Shown: positions 13,047 through 28,407 of the stretch, in pieces
Layout: the number at the start of each line of letters is the position of its first letter
How positions within the stretch are numbered: position 1 is the stretch's first letter
DNA from: the human T2T-CHM13v2.0 reference genome, Homo sapiens
DNA: 64,000 nt
Reading direction: 5' to 3' (one strand)
Assembly: GCF_009914755.1 (NCBI RefSeq)
Contig: NC_060930.1
Made by a program: the position numbers and the translations under genes
Notes under the pieces: generated by a model
Seen by the model: the letters and a program-made list of their open reading frames with translations, nothing else
What the model was told of the DNA's origin: nothing
Databases searched by the model: none

Positions 13047-13554
13047 TGTTGGGAACAGGCCCCCAAAATCTGGCCATAAACTGGCCCCAAAACTGGCCAT
13101 AAACAAAATCTCTGCAGCACTGTGACATGTTCATGATGGCCATAACACCCACACTGGAAGGTTGTGGGTTTACCAGAATGAGGGCAAGGAACACCTAGCC
13201 TGCCCAGGGCGGAAAACCGCTTAAAGGTGTTCTTAAACCACAAACAATAGCATGAGCAATCTGTGCCTTAAGGACATGCTCCTGCTGCAGTTAACTAGCC
13301 CAACCTATTCCTTTAATTCACCCCATCCCTTCGTTTCCCATAAGGGATACTTTCAGTTAATTTAATATCTATAGAAACAATGCTAATGACTGGCTTGCTG
13401 TTAATAAATACGTGGGTAAATCTCTGTTCAAGACTCTCAGCTCTGAAGGCTGTGAGACCCCTGATTTCCCACTTCACATCTCTATATTTCTGTGTGTCTT
13501 TAATTCCTCTAGCACCGCTGGGTTAGGGTCTGCCTGACCAAGCTGGTCTCAGCA
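13047..13554 (+). mobile_element. MER9 (HERV-K HML-3) solo LTR with 6-bp TSD CTGGGC
   Basis: TG...CA ends; CTGGGC at 13041-13046 and 13555-13560; internal AATAAA; start TGTTGGGAACAGGCCCCCAAAATCTGGCCATAAACTGG typical of MER9a. Confidence 0.88.
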
Positions 13555-13704
13555 CTGGGCAGTCATTTACAAGTGATTTTTATTTTGTTAGATTTTCCAG
13601 TTTTTTATTGTAAACATATTTCACAGTATCCCTGTAACAATGTCACTTTTAAGAAGGGGCTGACATCAGCATGCTTTCGCCATCTGCTTTGGGAATATAA
13701 GTGA

Positions 13705-14002
<298 letters not shown>

Positions 14003-14249
14003 TTTTGATGATCAAAGGGAAAAGAAGAGACATAACTTTCTTTATACTGGCTTAATCCATCTTTCAGCCTTAAAATTTTGGATGTTATCAATATGTCTAG
14101 GTTTTGATGTTAACTATGTTTGGTAAGAAACATGTTAAAATATTAAGGTAGAAGCTTTTACTTCTTCAAACTGAAGAAATGTCACTCAATTCTCTTTCCC
14201 TGGCAGGGCTGCATGAAAAGCTCTGGAATGAGACAGTCCTGTTTCTAAC

Positions 14250-14400
14250 CAGGCTCTACCACGACCCAGCTGTGTAACTGTGCTCAAGACACCCAATCCT
14301 TCTGAGCTTCTGTTTCCCCTCTGTGTGATGAGGAAGACAACACATATTCCCTGGTGTCCCTGTAAAGACTGAATAATGTATGGAAACATCTACAAAAGCA
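14250..14400 (+). mobile_element. MIR fragment
   Basis: CAGCTGTGTAACTGTGCTCAAGACACCCAATCCTTCTGAGCTTCTGTTTCCCCTCTGT. Confidence 0.5.
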
Positions 14401-15961
14401 CAAAGTTGAGACTCTGACATGGGCGTTCAATAACTTGTAGCTATTATTTTCATCCCAGAGCAAGCAGTATCTGAACACCTCCTTATTCAACCCATTTTCT
14501 CTGCCATGCTTTAGCGTAATAGTAACAACAATAGATTACATTTATTTAAGCACAACTGAAGAGTCACTGTGCACAGACAGTTGCCCAAGTTAACTCACTT
14601 ATGACAAAGAGACTAGAAACTGCTATTAAGACATACTGACAGTTCCCCCGGCAAAAGGTTCAATAGGCTATAACTATCATGGCTTTCCCAGGCCACTCAG
14701 AGGCTTCCATGTGTGATGCCAACAGCTTTCAGAGAGAATGTACAAGAAAATATACTAATTTCATCAATTCTGGATTTATTTCACAGGTCAACGTGAAAGG
14801 ATTTACTGATGAGTTAGATGTATCAACAGATCTGTCTAGATACAAGCATATTTAGACAATCTAAAATTTTCACGTGGAGTAAACCACTATGGAGAGAGAG
14901 AGTGAAAGAGAGAGTTGTCTTAGGGCAGGTGCTTGGAGCTAATCTAGTTGAGCGACCCATCCTGAGGCTCCCCACAGCTCAGGGAAGCAGCCAGCCCCAT
15001 GACCTGGTCTGCATCTCTGGCAAGTGGGCCAGCCCTTGCAGAGACCCTGGACGTTGGGAAGAGCTGACGCAGAGAGGGCCTGAGACCCAGTACTCTGACC
15101 CTGACCTTCAGAAGCTCTACAGCCTCTGGGGTGAAAAGGGATCGGAATGAGGCCATTCTAGTTAAGGTTTTCTCCAAAATGGCTACTCATCAAGGCTTCA
15201 GATGAAGATTCCAAACCCCGGTGCTGCGAGCAGCATGGCTGGGAGCAGCAGGGTATCCTGCTCCTGCACCGCCTCCACCCCCACTAACACCAGCAAGGAA
15301 CCCCTCAGGGGCTGAGGCTCTATGGCCAGCTTTGTTTGCAAACGTCCAGTCATTCATGAAGGTTTCCCAGTAGGGTTACCAGTTAGTCAAGTGAGCCAAG
15401 GTCATTTATTTCTACTAAATATACAAAATGAGGTATCTTAAGTGGAACTTCAAAAACAGGTGAGATGTTCCTTAACAATAAAGCAGGCTAAACAGCCTGC
15501 CTTTGAGTCCTTTGACTGTTTTCTTGACTACCAGCTGGAGCCACTGTAGCAAATGTTTCAGTTCCCTGGAGCCAAGACAAGCCATCCAGCCCTATCACTC
15601 CAGGGTCCCCACAAGTCTCCCCATAGCACAGCCTCCATTCTGATGTATGGTGCATAAGCGCATCAGATTGGAATCTTCAACCCAAGGCTGCTCTGTCTGT
15701 GCAAAGGTATTGATTAAGAAGCCCCCTATGCCAGGCATTATGCAGGTGCCGAGAACTCAATGCTGGTTATGATTACCTGTGGCCTTGAGGTGCCCAGAGT
15801 CTAGTGGGAAGGGAGAAGCAGAAAGCTTTCAGTTTCTGTGTTCCACTTCTGCCACTAAACTCTGCCAGTAAGTTGTTGTACAGACCCCTTCTGGCAAGAA
15901 AGGTGTGCGCAAGAGAGGATGGTATGGGCCTGGAATCTCTGAAATCTGTCCCTAGTTATAG

Positions 15962-16640
<679 letters not shown>

Positions 16641-17346
16641 AGACTCCATTCTTGCCAACTGCAGTAGCACAAGTGTGCCTGGCCTTGCTCACATTGCATT
16701 CCTTTCTCTTGCTTTCTGCCTTCTCTGATGCTGAGAGGAAAATGGTGTAGACCTTACACTGCCAGAAAAATCTCAAGAGAGTCTCAAAACAAAATGTATG
16801 CTGTTCCACAATTAGTCACAGCTGCAGGGGAAATGCATAAAGCAAACATTAAATGAAAGCACTCTCTAAGAATTCACCTCAGACTGGAATTAGAGACTTT
16901 ATCCACGTGGGACAGAGTACGCGGGGTTCTTGCACTCCTGACTGGCCTCCTCCAGCCAACTTCCCTCTGTTTACCAGGCCCCAAACTATTCTGGGTTTGA
17001 CAGGCATGCAGATGTGCGGAGAGGAGAAGAGGACCGTGCAGGCTTGAAGCAGCAGGATACTGATCACTACTGGCTCTGCTTTGAGGGGTCACGGTCACGG
17101 CTGTCAGGACACAAAGATGGGAGAGGAGCTCCCTGCACAAAGCCCTTGTCCACCCTGCCTGGACACAGGTCCTCAAGGCCCCTTCCCAGTTTCTCTTCTG
17201 AACGGACAGCCCAGCCCTTGTGGGATGGCGTTAGCCCCGCAGATGGGAAGGCAGAGCAGAGGCGTTACAGGGGTAGGTGGGAAAACAGGACGTCCCCAGG
17301 GCAGAAAGTAATAGGAGCGATTGGCCTCGCCCAGCACCCCAGCACC

Positions 17347-17943
17347 CTATAGATAATAGGTGCTTGCTAAACAGTTGCAGGAAGCACAGGCAGATGGGGC
17401 ATCAGAGGGCCCTAAGCACAGAGCACGAAAGGGGGACAGTTCATGGGATGATACCAAGTCGGTGTACAGCAGACAGCACAGGCTGTGACCGTTTGCTGAG
17501 GGCTGCGCACAGAGGAGGAGGAAGCCCCAAGCTTTCAACAACCCTGGCTTTATGAGCGGTGGGATCAGACTCTGGCTTGTTAAAGACACTGCCAGAGGAT
17601 CCTGGTCAACAAAGAAGAAGACCCCGGTGTGTCCAACGTGGGACCGGACTTTTACAGATGAGCATGCGCTCCCACCTCCAGGATGGTAGTCGGTATGAAC
17701 CCGCGGTGCAGCCATAGTCCCGTGAGCTGCCCACTTCCTGCCCTGGCCAGTGGTTCGCCTGCTACCTCGGTCGTCACCATTATCGGGTTCCTCATCCATG
17801 TGATTCCAGATCCCAGCACACTTGCCAAACCCAGTGAATGGTAAGAGGCAGAGGGTGGCGTCCCAGCCCATTCCTAGTGCAAGGTCTGTGCCTGCAGAGC
17901 TGATGAACTCACATGGTGGCGGGCAGCACTGGGTATCTGCCAT
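17347..17943 (-). ncRNA. AGPAT4-IT1: AGPAT4-IT1 (C6orf59) intronic transcript region; 198-codon putative ORF MADTQCCPPP...ASTYYL
   Basis: ATG-initiated 198-aa ORF in intron 3, same strand as AGPAT4; I recognise it as the putative AGPAT4-IT1 protein; transcript ends not determinable here. Confidence 0.8.
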
Positions 17944-18360
17944 AGGCTCAGGTGATGCCAGCAGTGAGCAGGGTGCAAGACCACCCTACAGAGCTGACAA
18001 AACCATGGCGGTGGGCATATCTGCTGAAAATACCCCTCCATATCTGGAAACTTCTAACTTCTCTTCAGCCAAAGAGCCCTTGACAAGTGCATGTGTATGA
18101 AGAAGCTGGGGTAAAGGCGGTGAAATAATGCTGTGTTGCATGAACACGGTCTCCTAGAGAAACCACACACAATCAACACTCACTGGACACGTATTTTGAA
18201 GGTATATCAATTGCTATCGTTGTCATGATCGAAAATCCTTCGTTTAAAGAGGCAGCACAGGGCTTTATGGGCGCCCTCACGCACAGGCACTCTGCCTAGG
18301 AGGGATAATGCCACTCTCCTCCTCTCACCTTTCTCTGTGCAAAGAAATGCAATGCTGCTA

Positions 18361-18565
<205 letters not shown>

Positions 18566-18629
18566 TAAGAGGGCAAGGGAAGGTCTCAGACCAAATGTCA
18601 TGTCACCGTGGGGTGGGCAGCCGCCAAGG

Positions 18630-19090
18630 GGCCCTGTGATCCTGGCCTCCTGGCACCCACGCCCCTGCACACCCTACCCCACATCCCTGGGGCACGGGCG
18701 GTGCTTACTGATCCACTTCCAACCAACAGTATGGATAGAAAGGATGGGAGGTCTCTCCCGGGTCCCGGTTACAGAAGCTTCATGGCTCCTGCCCCGGGCG
18801 CCCGCTCTCTCTCTCTTGCATGGCTCAACCTCAGGGGTGCAGTTGCCATATTCCGGGAAACACTGTGTTTTAAAACAAGCCTGTGTGGCGAGGGATGGAG
18901 GCCGGGCAGCAAACCCGTGAGCAAGCTTGGAGGCAGATCACACACAAGCCCCTCCCGAGAGACCCTGCCAGATCCCCCGCTCAGCTGCACCTGGATTCCT
19001 GACCACATAGGCAGGGGACCTTTATGACACGCTTGTTGTTTTAAGCCGCTATGTTTTGGGTCTCATCACGCTGCCATGGATAACTAATCC
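18630..19090 (+). mobile_element. Degenerate MLT1-type MaLR LTR
   Basis: 3' end TTTTAAGCCGCTATGTTTTGGG...GGATAACTAATCCA resembles MLT1 terminus. Confidence 0.45.
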
Positions 19091-22000
19091 ACATGGCTTC
19101 TTTAAGGATCTGAAGACAAATATCCCAGTTGGCCCGGCAGATAAATATTGATAATATAATAATAGCTGCTGCTCATGGTGTGCTTGCCAGGGCCTGGCGC
19201 TACCCAGACACTGAACGATCATGCTCTTATGCAACCAGCCGGGACCTGCTAAGGGAAAAAGATAAGCAAATGGGGACGTGAAGCCTCAGGAACCTGACCT
19301 GCGCTTGCACACCACGGTTTGTTGGGCACCTTAGTGACCTGTGCCCCAGCTGACTGCGTGTCACTCTCATCTCCAGGGAGGCAAGGTTCAGCGTGTGACT
19401 CCAAGATCAACCAAAGCCTTCAGAGCCCTGGCACATGCCAGGAAGCACTGGCTCCCAGGAGAACCAGAGCCTCTGGGGACAGGCACTGCAATGAGCAGTG
19501 GCCTCATGGGATCTTGAGTACATTTAAAAGGTTGAAAGCCTCTTTGTTAAAAAGACAATTCCATTACTTTCCCCAAAAAGACCAATTTTACATTTAAAAA
19601 TGCCACCTTCGTGAATTTCTGCAAATTTCATTGACTTCAATTTAAACTCATTTCCTCTTGGACTGTGATAGGTGAGGATGAAAAATGCCTGGTCAGGAAC
19701 CTTCTTCTGTTCCTTTCCTCTTTAAAAAGCAAATTCCACAGACTCCAGAAGGATCCCAACATCATGTGTTATTTAAGAAAAAACAGAGAGATGAATGAGG
19801 TTGTTTTTTTTTTCTGAAGGTCATTAAAGACAAAAGATGTTGCTGAACAATGAATATAAGGCAATGCCGTTCTTTACCCCCTTCCAGGGTGGCAGAGATG
19901 AGCACCAGCCATCTCACCCACCGTCATGGGCCACAGCTCTCCAGTAGATGGCAAAGCTGTTCCCTGTGACATGGGGAGGGGGTTCCCTGGGAGGGTACAG
20001 GCTGGCAGCTCCCATCCGCCCCAGCCAGTGCCTGCCATGTGCCTGCCCCACTCAGTCCTCTCCTGGCACCTGCTCTCTCTAGCTCCTTGCTTTGTGAGAA
20101 TGTGCATAACAATGGCACTGGCTGTTTCTGTGGTGTTTGGAGAAGAGAGGACTCAGGGCTTAAGGAAGCACTTTAGCAAGAATCCAGAAAACCCAAGGCC
20201 CCCACTGAGCAAGGCTCCCAAACTTCCAGTGAGAAGAGAAGAGGCATCGCCCTGGCCCCAGGCTCCCAGACCTGCCTATTTCACCTGTAAGTGGAGCCCC
20301 CGAAGACTCTAATCCTAAGCACAGTCTCCACCATCAGTGGCAGGGCGCAGACCCCCTTACACACAGCATTAGTTGTTTGGGTGTTCACAGTAATGAGTGA
20401 AGTCCTATAAATAGAATATCACCGATGAAATCAAGGGGAGGTGCGGTCCCTATGCTGCAGGTGGGATGGGCGTGCTGTTGACTTGCTTTCCCGCCATCAG
20501 CGCTCCCGCCCTTATGCTCAGAGTTGTAAAGTGATCATGGATTCGGAAGCCTTTGGGAGCAAAACCCTAAACGGTGCTGAGATTAAATTCCCGCTCCGTG
20601 AATGTCTCTTCCCGTCTGGGGGCTATGTCCTCTCTCTGGACCTGGGTCCCTCCCTGCATGTGTTGTGGGGCTCACCTTCTCCCTCATCTGTGCCTGTCCC
20701 CGTGCCTGCTAGTGCTGGGCATCTGGGTGCTTCTCCAGCATCTCTGTGCATGACCCTGCTCTGCCAGCTCCTGCAACTCCATCCCCAACCCCATGAAGGT
20801 GCGGGTGACTTGCACCCCTCGAATGAGGCCTTTGCACATCACGAGCCAGGAAGGTATTAGAAGCCTGGTCCTTACTGCAGCTGGTCTGGGTCGTTTTAGG
20901 ATGGTCAGGGTCCTGTTTCTGGAGCAGGTCTTGGGCCCCAGGGCCCCTGCTTTTGTGCCCCCAACATCTTCCAGGGGAAAGAGCAGAAGCTTTGAAAGCA
21001 GACTTAGGAGCTATTGTCCTCGGGCAAATCACTCAGCCAAACTGAGGCTCTGGGGGTTTATTTATAAAATGTGGATAATAATATCCTAAGGATTAGAAAT
21101 TACGGAAATAAGGTGAACAGCACACGGAGTGAGCTCGTGGGTGTAATGCCACCAAGGGGCAAGCAGGGATTGGAAGGCACCCCCAAGTTCAATGGGCCTT
21201 CTGCTCTACCTCAGAGACTCCTGGTCCACGAATTATGAATGTTTGCACATTCTAAGCATGAACACTACCAGAAAGTACTTACAAAGCCTGGAAAATCACC
21301 AGCTGCCTCTAAACTACAGTTTGAATTCCAGGAGACGCTGGCACCTCAGAAAGCCTAGCTGTAAAGGTGGTAAGACAGGTGACCTGACAGTCAAGATGCA
21401 CCGGCTCCCCATACCCTTCCTCCTGGGCAGGAGAAGAACCCTGCCATTCACCCCTGGTATCCATGACGGGGTTAGGACCATGACATTCTAAGGGGCGATC
21501 TCTCATCAGAGAGAATAAATCCACAAAGCTGTAACTCAGATCTCTGCCCAAGTTCTCCACATCAGAGAATGATAGTTACTAGAATGTTTGCTCTTGTTCC
21601 TAGAAATATATTTGCACACACACACACGTGTACACACAAGAAGATATCAAGTTAGCACTGGGAGAATAAATAGGAAAACAAAAGGAGAAAACAGTGGGCA
21701 GGAGGCTATCTTCATCTGCCTCCAGGAACTAGACCCGTCTAGTTCCCTATGTCCTCCATGGCCTGATAGCCTCTGTCTCCAATCTTCTATATTCTAAACA
21801 CCACGATTTTGTCTTCAGGGGCTACCAAAAAGCAAGGTGATTTCAGCAGCCCCCGTATCTGTTCTACAGGGCATTGTTCCCAGGTGCAAAACCTGATCTC
21901 TAAGTTCTGGTGCAAACTCTTAGGACCTTTCCTAGCCCCAGACCAATGTACACTGTGTACACTGTGATTCCTACGGAATACCTGAGTACCGCAGATGACT

Positions 22001-22254
22001 CTGATTCAGCTATGTGACACAGGCTCAACCGCTACACGCTGCAGTGTGTTGAAGACGACAAAAGTCAACTGAAGAGACCCAGTTCCAAAGGCATGCAAGC
22101 TACGTGCAAGAGGTCAAACTAGTTGGGAAAAAAAAAAAACAGAATTTCAGAATAATTCTGAATTTTGCAGTTCACTCTCACTTATGGACTCAAAGTTCTT
22201 AAGCCTTCAACGATCAAAATGCAGAGGTGATGTCTGCCTGTTAGCCAAGGAGGC

Positions 22255-22460
22255 AGTAGAGCATGGAATTAAGAAATATGGATGGGAGTGAAATCCAAAT
22301 CTAATTACAGCTGTGTGACTCTGAGCCGAATATTAAGCTCTATATAACTTAGTTTTTAAAAAATGGAGTGTGGCACATCATCTATTCATGTTGCTGTAAG
22401 GATTAAATAAATGAATCATATGTAAAATGGCCGGCAGGTAGCAATTGTTGAGTACCTCTT
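22255..22460 (+). mobile_element. MIR fragment
   Basis: ACAGCTGTGTGACTCTGAGCC...GTTGCTGTAAGGATTAAATAA. Confidence 0.55.
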
Positions 22461-22650
22461 ATGATTGCCCATAAGAAGCTGTTAAGACTGACTCCCAGCA
22501 AGAATAAAAAGCAGTTTATTAGGACCATTTCATCAAGTAGAAACTCTGTTGATTCTTCTGCAAGTTCTGAATGACCAGGAGCAAAAAGACAAGTGGTGGG
22601 GCTGAACCAGAGAAATGTGTGAGGCAGGGGGGAATGCACTTCTGACTTAC

Positions 22651-22820
22651 CCCTAACAGCCCAAAGCGTTCGGACAGGCTCCAGCCACACAGAAAGTCAA
22701 TTTCAAACTTGTGGTTGAGAACCACGATGGCATTTTCCTTCCCATACTTGAGGTAGGCGCGCGGGTCCGTGAAGATGGTGCATTCCGTGCCCGACCACCA
22801 CTCCAGCAGCATCACCAGCT
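22651..22820 (-). CDS. AGPAT4: AGPAT4 coding exon (canonical exon 3), 170 bp, contains catalytic HxxxxD motif NHKFEID
   Basis: Minus strand ttccag|AG CTG GTG ATG...CTG TTA GGG|gtaagt; translation (Q)LVMLLEWWSGTECTIFTDPRAYLKYGKENAIVVLNHKFEIDFLCGWSLSERFGLLG matches remembered AGPAT4. Confidence 0.97.
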
Positions 22821-23563
22821 CTGGAACAAACCACAACAGACAGATGTTTACTACATGCAGCCTTGTCCTGGGAGCCCTGCTGAGAGCAGGGCTCTGCCCT
22901 CCCAGCTAGGGGAGAAAGCAACTTCTACGGGCAAAGTTCTGGATCGTTGCAGCACAGACCTTGGTCCTTGAAAGGGTTCAGAAGCGGAAGGAAACACGAG
23001 AAAGACTTCACAACATTCTCCAGGGAAGAAGAGAAGGATACTTGGAGAAGGTAAATGACTTACTCCTTGATTAAGTATCTTGGGGGAAAATAAATCAGAA
23101 AGCCAGAATCCGTCAAGAATTCATGCCCTTGTGTTTACAGAGCTCTGAAAGGCAGCGTGAGATGAGGTATAGAATTCTTAATATCCTGGAAAATGACTAA
23201 TTGGGATACTTATAAACTCCATCAAAGAATATTAAATACCCAACTTTCCTCTCCCATTTCTGACACTTGAGGGCAGGGGAAGAATGGAGAACGGCAGATC
23301 CAGCCGCAGGAGCCCCAGCACCTGCAGGGCAGCGGGAGTGAGAGTCAGCCCACAGCAGGTCTGAAGAGAACTATTGAAATAGTCTTTGTAGGGGCTTGTG
23401 AAAAGAAAAAGATTCTTTCTTCAGGCAATCATGACCACTTGCAGTTTATTCTTCAGTGATGCCTCCCATCCAGGGAACCTATTCCCAATCTGGCAGGCTC
23501 AGGAAAAGCCTCTAGGGTAGAAACTGTCCAGAAAAACAGTTGAATGTGGGTGATGGACTTTGA

Positions 23564-23926
<363 letters not shown>

Positions 23927-25199
23927 ATGTGCCCCCCATTTTTAATCACTCGTTAGTGAAGCATGCATGCAGCAGAGGACTCACTCCCTCCCCACCCCAT
24001 CCCTACCCTACAGGCAGGTGGATTTGGCCTTGACTCCAGTAAGCCTAGTGTTGTAGCTCAAGCGGCTGTCCTTGGAAACTTTTCTCCTCCAGGCTGGAAG
24101 CTGGAGGCTTGATGTGGAGCACCAGAGCCCTCTAGAAGGCATCACAGTCCAGTTTTTACGCAGTGAGCACTGCGGGACTTTGGACAAATTAACCTCCTAA
24201 CACGACAGTGCCTTCATCTTTGGAATGGGGTTGCCCCAAAGGGTTCTGTGAACATAAAGCACCTAACACATAGTATGTGCTCAGCGTAGAGCACATTGTA
24301 AGTTCCCAGCAAACTGAAGCTATCAGTCTCCTTAAAAACGACGAAAACCACTCCCCTTCCTTCTCCAGAAATGAACAATAAAAAGTGTCTACCTATTTCT
24401 AGGAACTGAGAAAATATCAAGCTCCCATTCAGTTGTCCCACCAGGCCATAGCATTGCTGGAACCAGAAGCACAAGTCAAGGAATAGTGACGCATCCTGGG
24501 AGTTGGTTGTGGGGGCAGGAAGGCGGTGGTGGGGTGGGGGGCTAGGGTAACAACATGCAGCCTGGCAGGGCAGCCTGACAAAGGGACAGAGGGACAATTT
24601 GTTACCATGGGGCACGAAGATGCCTGTAGTGCTGGGCTGAGTTTTTCCAAGCCCGAGGATGGGAAGGATCAATCTACTCCATTACTGGCCAAAGGCCACA
24701 GATAAGCACCAAAGCACAACTCCACAGGGAGTCAGGGAGACAAAGCTGATGCTTCCAAGAGACTCACATTTCGTTTGTGTCACAGGCCAAATGCCTCTCT
24801 GTGGGACTCCTTCCTGCCTAAGGCCACTCTCACCGCCCCCTACCCCATTCACATGTTCCCCAGTACCCTCCACAGCCCTATCACAGCTGTGACCACAGCG
24901 TGAGGTTCTCTCCCCTACTATAGAGCACGGGCGCCACGAGACAGCAACTGTACTGTTTGGTTCACCCCGACCTTAGCCTCGACTCCAAGACTCAGCAAGA
25001 GCCTGGCACATGGATGCTTTCAACAAATGCCGCGTGATTACCTAATGCGTTCAAGCACTCTGCGAGATACAGGAGATGATTAAACATTAGATCAGATCCT
25101 GGCACCCCTCCAGCTTACTGTCCAGGGAAAAGACAGCTACACAACCACAAAACAACATGACAGGGAAAGGAGAAAGGCCTGCTAATAGGATGGCTGCTG

Positions 25200-25435
25200 A
25201 ATATTGTCTTCATGGATTTGGGAGTCAGACACATCCAGGCTCCGATCCCGGTGGAGCCACTTACTAGTTGTGAGACTTCTGGCATGTTTCTCAATGTCCC
25301 CCTTCTCTGTAAAGTAGGGACAGGTAAATGCCGTTAGAGATGCTGTGGATATTAAATAAGAGCATGGACTCAAGGCACCTAGCATGACATGGGGCATAGC
25401 AGGCAATCAATAAATGGACAGCTTTTTAATTACTA
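25200..25435 (+). mobile_element. MIR element
   Basis: GGAGTCAGAC...CCACTTACTAGTTGTGAGA...CTGTAAAGTAGGGA...CAATCAATAAATGG. Confidence 0.6.
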
Positions 25436-25860
25436 TTATATGCCTGATAATTTTATCACACACAAAGGCTCTGTGACCACTGAAGGGGAGAGGAAGGGTG
25501 GGGAGGAGACAGAGGCAGATGGAGAGAAACCCAGAGAGAGAACATCACAGAGACTTCTGGGTTACCAGAGTAAGGAGTTATGATTTATGATTTCATTCTA
25601 AAGGCAATATAAAAACCACTGGAGCATTTTTAAATAGACACACACCAACATCCAATTTGCATCTGAAAAAAAAATCACTCTGATTGAAACAAGAACAGAC
25701 TGGAATAGGGAGGCCAGTTAGCGGGTGACTACATCAGCACAGCGAGAGGGGATGGTGCTGGGACCAGGTGGGGGAAGACCAAATTTCCCACTCACCTCAG
25801 CAGGCTGCTCACTAGACAACTAAACTCTGAACCTCACTGGATAAAAGAGCTTGATTTCCC

Positions 25861-26039
25861 TTTTTTGTTTTTTCCTTTCTTTTTTTTGAGATGGTGTGTC
25901 ACTCTGTCATCCAGGCTGGAGTGCAGTGGCCCAATCATACATAGCTCACCGCAGCCTCAACCTCCTGGGTTCAAGCAATCCTTCCACCTTGGCCTCCCAA
26001 AGTGCTGGGATTATAGGCATGAGCCACCACGACTAGCCC
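25861..26039 (-). mobile_element. Alu monomer (FAM/FRAM-like or arm-recombined AluJ)
   Basis: Right-arm 3' part joined directly to left-arm-like CCCAAAGTGCTGGGATTATAGG. Confidence 0.75.
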
Positions 26040-26171
26040 ATTTTCTTAATCAAATGATTTCACTTCTTTTTTAATTCACAGGAACACATTTATACAGTCA
26101 CATTGTAAAATGATTCAAACAACCCAGAAGTATGTACAAGAAAATATAAAATTCCTCTAACTAGCTTCAGG

Positions 26172-26748
26172 ATGTGTTACGCTGGCCTGGACTACATTTC
26201 CCAAACTTCCCTTTCTTGTATATTTCTGGTTAGAGGGCACCACAAGAGACACTCTTGGGAGGTTTGCAAGGTGGAAAGGAAATACCACCATTTTGTAGGT
26301 CACACATGTTTTTGCTGATCTGCTGATTCACGTCTTCAGCACAAAGCAGCGGCTAGGCCTGCTACTGCTCCTCCTTCCCCTGGATCCCCGCCAGCTTCTC
26401 TGAATCCCAGGCCAGGTGGTTGTATTTTGCTCTGTGACCAAGATCCCAGCTTCTGCAGGACATCCACACCATCAATGCCAGATGCAAAAGAACTGATGCA
26501 AGTTTTAGCCCATTCTCTTGAGGCTCCCGCTTGTGCTTGGTGGTTCCAACATCTTGATCTCTCCCAGTTTATATCCATCGCCCCTTCCTGACCGCCTGCC
26601 CTGTGGACTGCAAGCTCCAGCATCACATGCAGATACAACTTCCCTACAGAGACTGCTAAACAAGCCCCCACAGCTGAATAAGGCCAATGAGATGATGTCT
26701 ACATATCTCCCAGTGGTTTAGCTTCTTATTGAACCCTGACCGAGAGAC
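26172..26748. mobile_element. Old ERVL-type LTR (LTR16/LTR33-like)
   Basis: GGACTACATTTCCC near one end and TGAACCCTGACCGAGAGACA at the other resemble these families. Confidence 0.4.
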
Positions 26749-26846
26749 ACTTCCTCTTTACCGCCCCAACCTCCCTCCCTTCTCCAAGGTTAACCATTAT
26801 GAACAGTTTGGAAAATAGTCTTATAGTTTTTTCCCCTAGGCATTTA

Positions 26847-26876
26847 TACACATGCGCGTGCACACGTGCGCGCACG

Positions 26877-26907
<31 letters not shown>

Positions 26908-26912
26908 ATATA
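26847..26912. repeat. (CA)n/(CG)n alternating purine-pyrimidine microsatellite
   Basis: Directly visible. Confidence 0.9.
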
Positions 26913-27648
26913 CTCAAAAAGCTTTGCCTTTAGTTGAATGGCTTACCAGCTGATGTTTTAGTTGGATGTTCTTATGTAAATATACTGCACATGACTTACA
27001 AATATCTCCATGAATTTAGGTTTCATTTCCTCTCCTGTGTGGTTGCTTTCAATGCTATCAGCCAGAGCCTTCTCTCTACAGCTGCACAGCCAGCTCCACC
27101 TGGCAGCCCCTTCTTGTGCTGAAGAGCCCTACAGGAGCTGCTTCCATTTGAGGTGGGATGTCTGTCATTCAAATTAGATGCCTCTTTTTACCATCATGCA
27201 TCAAATGCCAGGGCTTTCTAACTGCTCAGGGCTCAGGGCATGCAGCATTTCAAGTACGTTCAGCCTGTCCTTCCACTCTCACCATCAGTTCACAGTGGCT
27301 GCAGATCTTGGAATTGCTCCATCTCGTTCTCTTCCCACAAGATTCTGTCCCTGTACGCTCACTCCATGGAAAGGGCAGTGTCACCTCCTTTCAAAGGACA
27401 TATTATTTAGAACCTCCAATTTAACTCAGAAAGTTACCAGTGGGCACCTGAGCAATCCATCCTGACCAGAAGCTATCAGCAGGTGCTGCACAACAGAGAT
27501 GCTTGTGAGAAAGCAGGGCTTTCTGTTGTTTAGTTAAGGGAAAATCACCTGTTGAGAGTTTCAGGTTGCAATCCTGTAACTAGCGTTACAATGCCAGGAG
27601 CCCTACGAGGGTAAATCTAAGAGAAGCAAAGATAAGGTATTTGCTGTT

Positions 27649-28407
<759 letters not shown>

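Noticed and set aside
23035-23082. Imperfect hairpin AAGGATACTT...AAGTATCTT upstream of exon 3
   Set aside because: Short interrupted stem, consistent with chance
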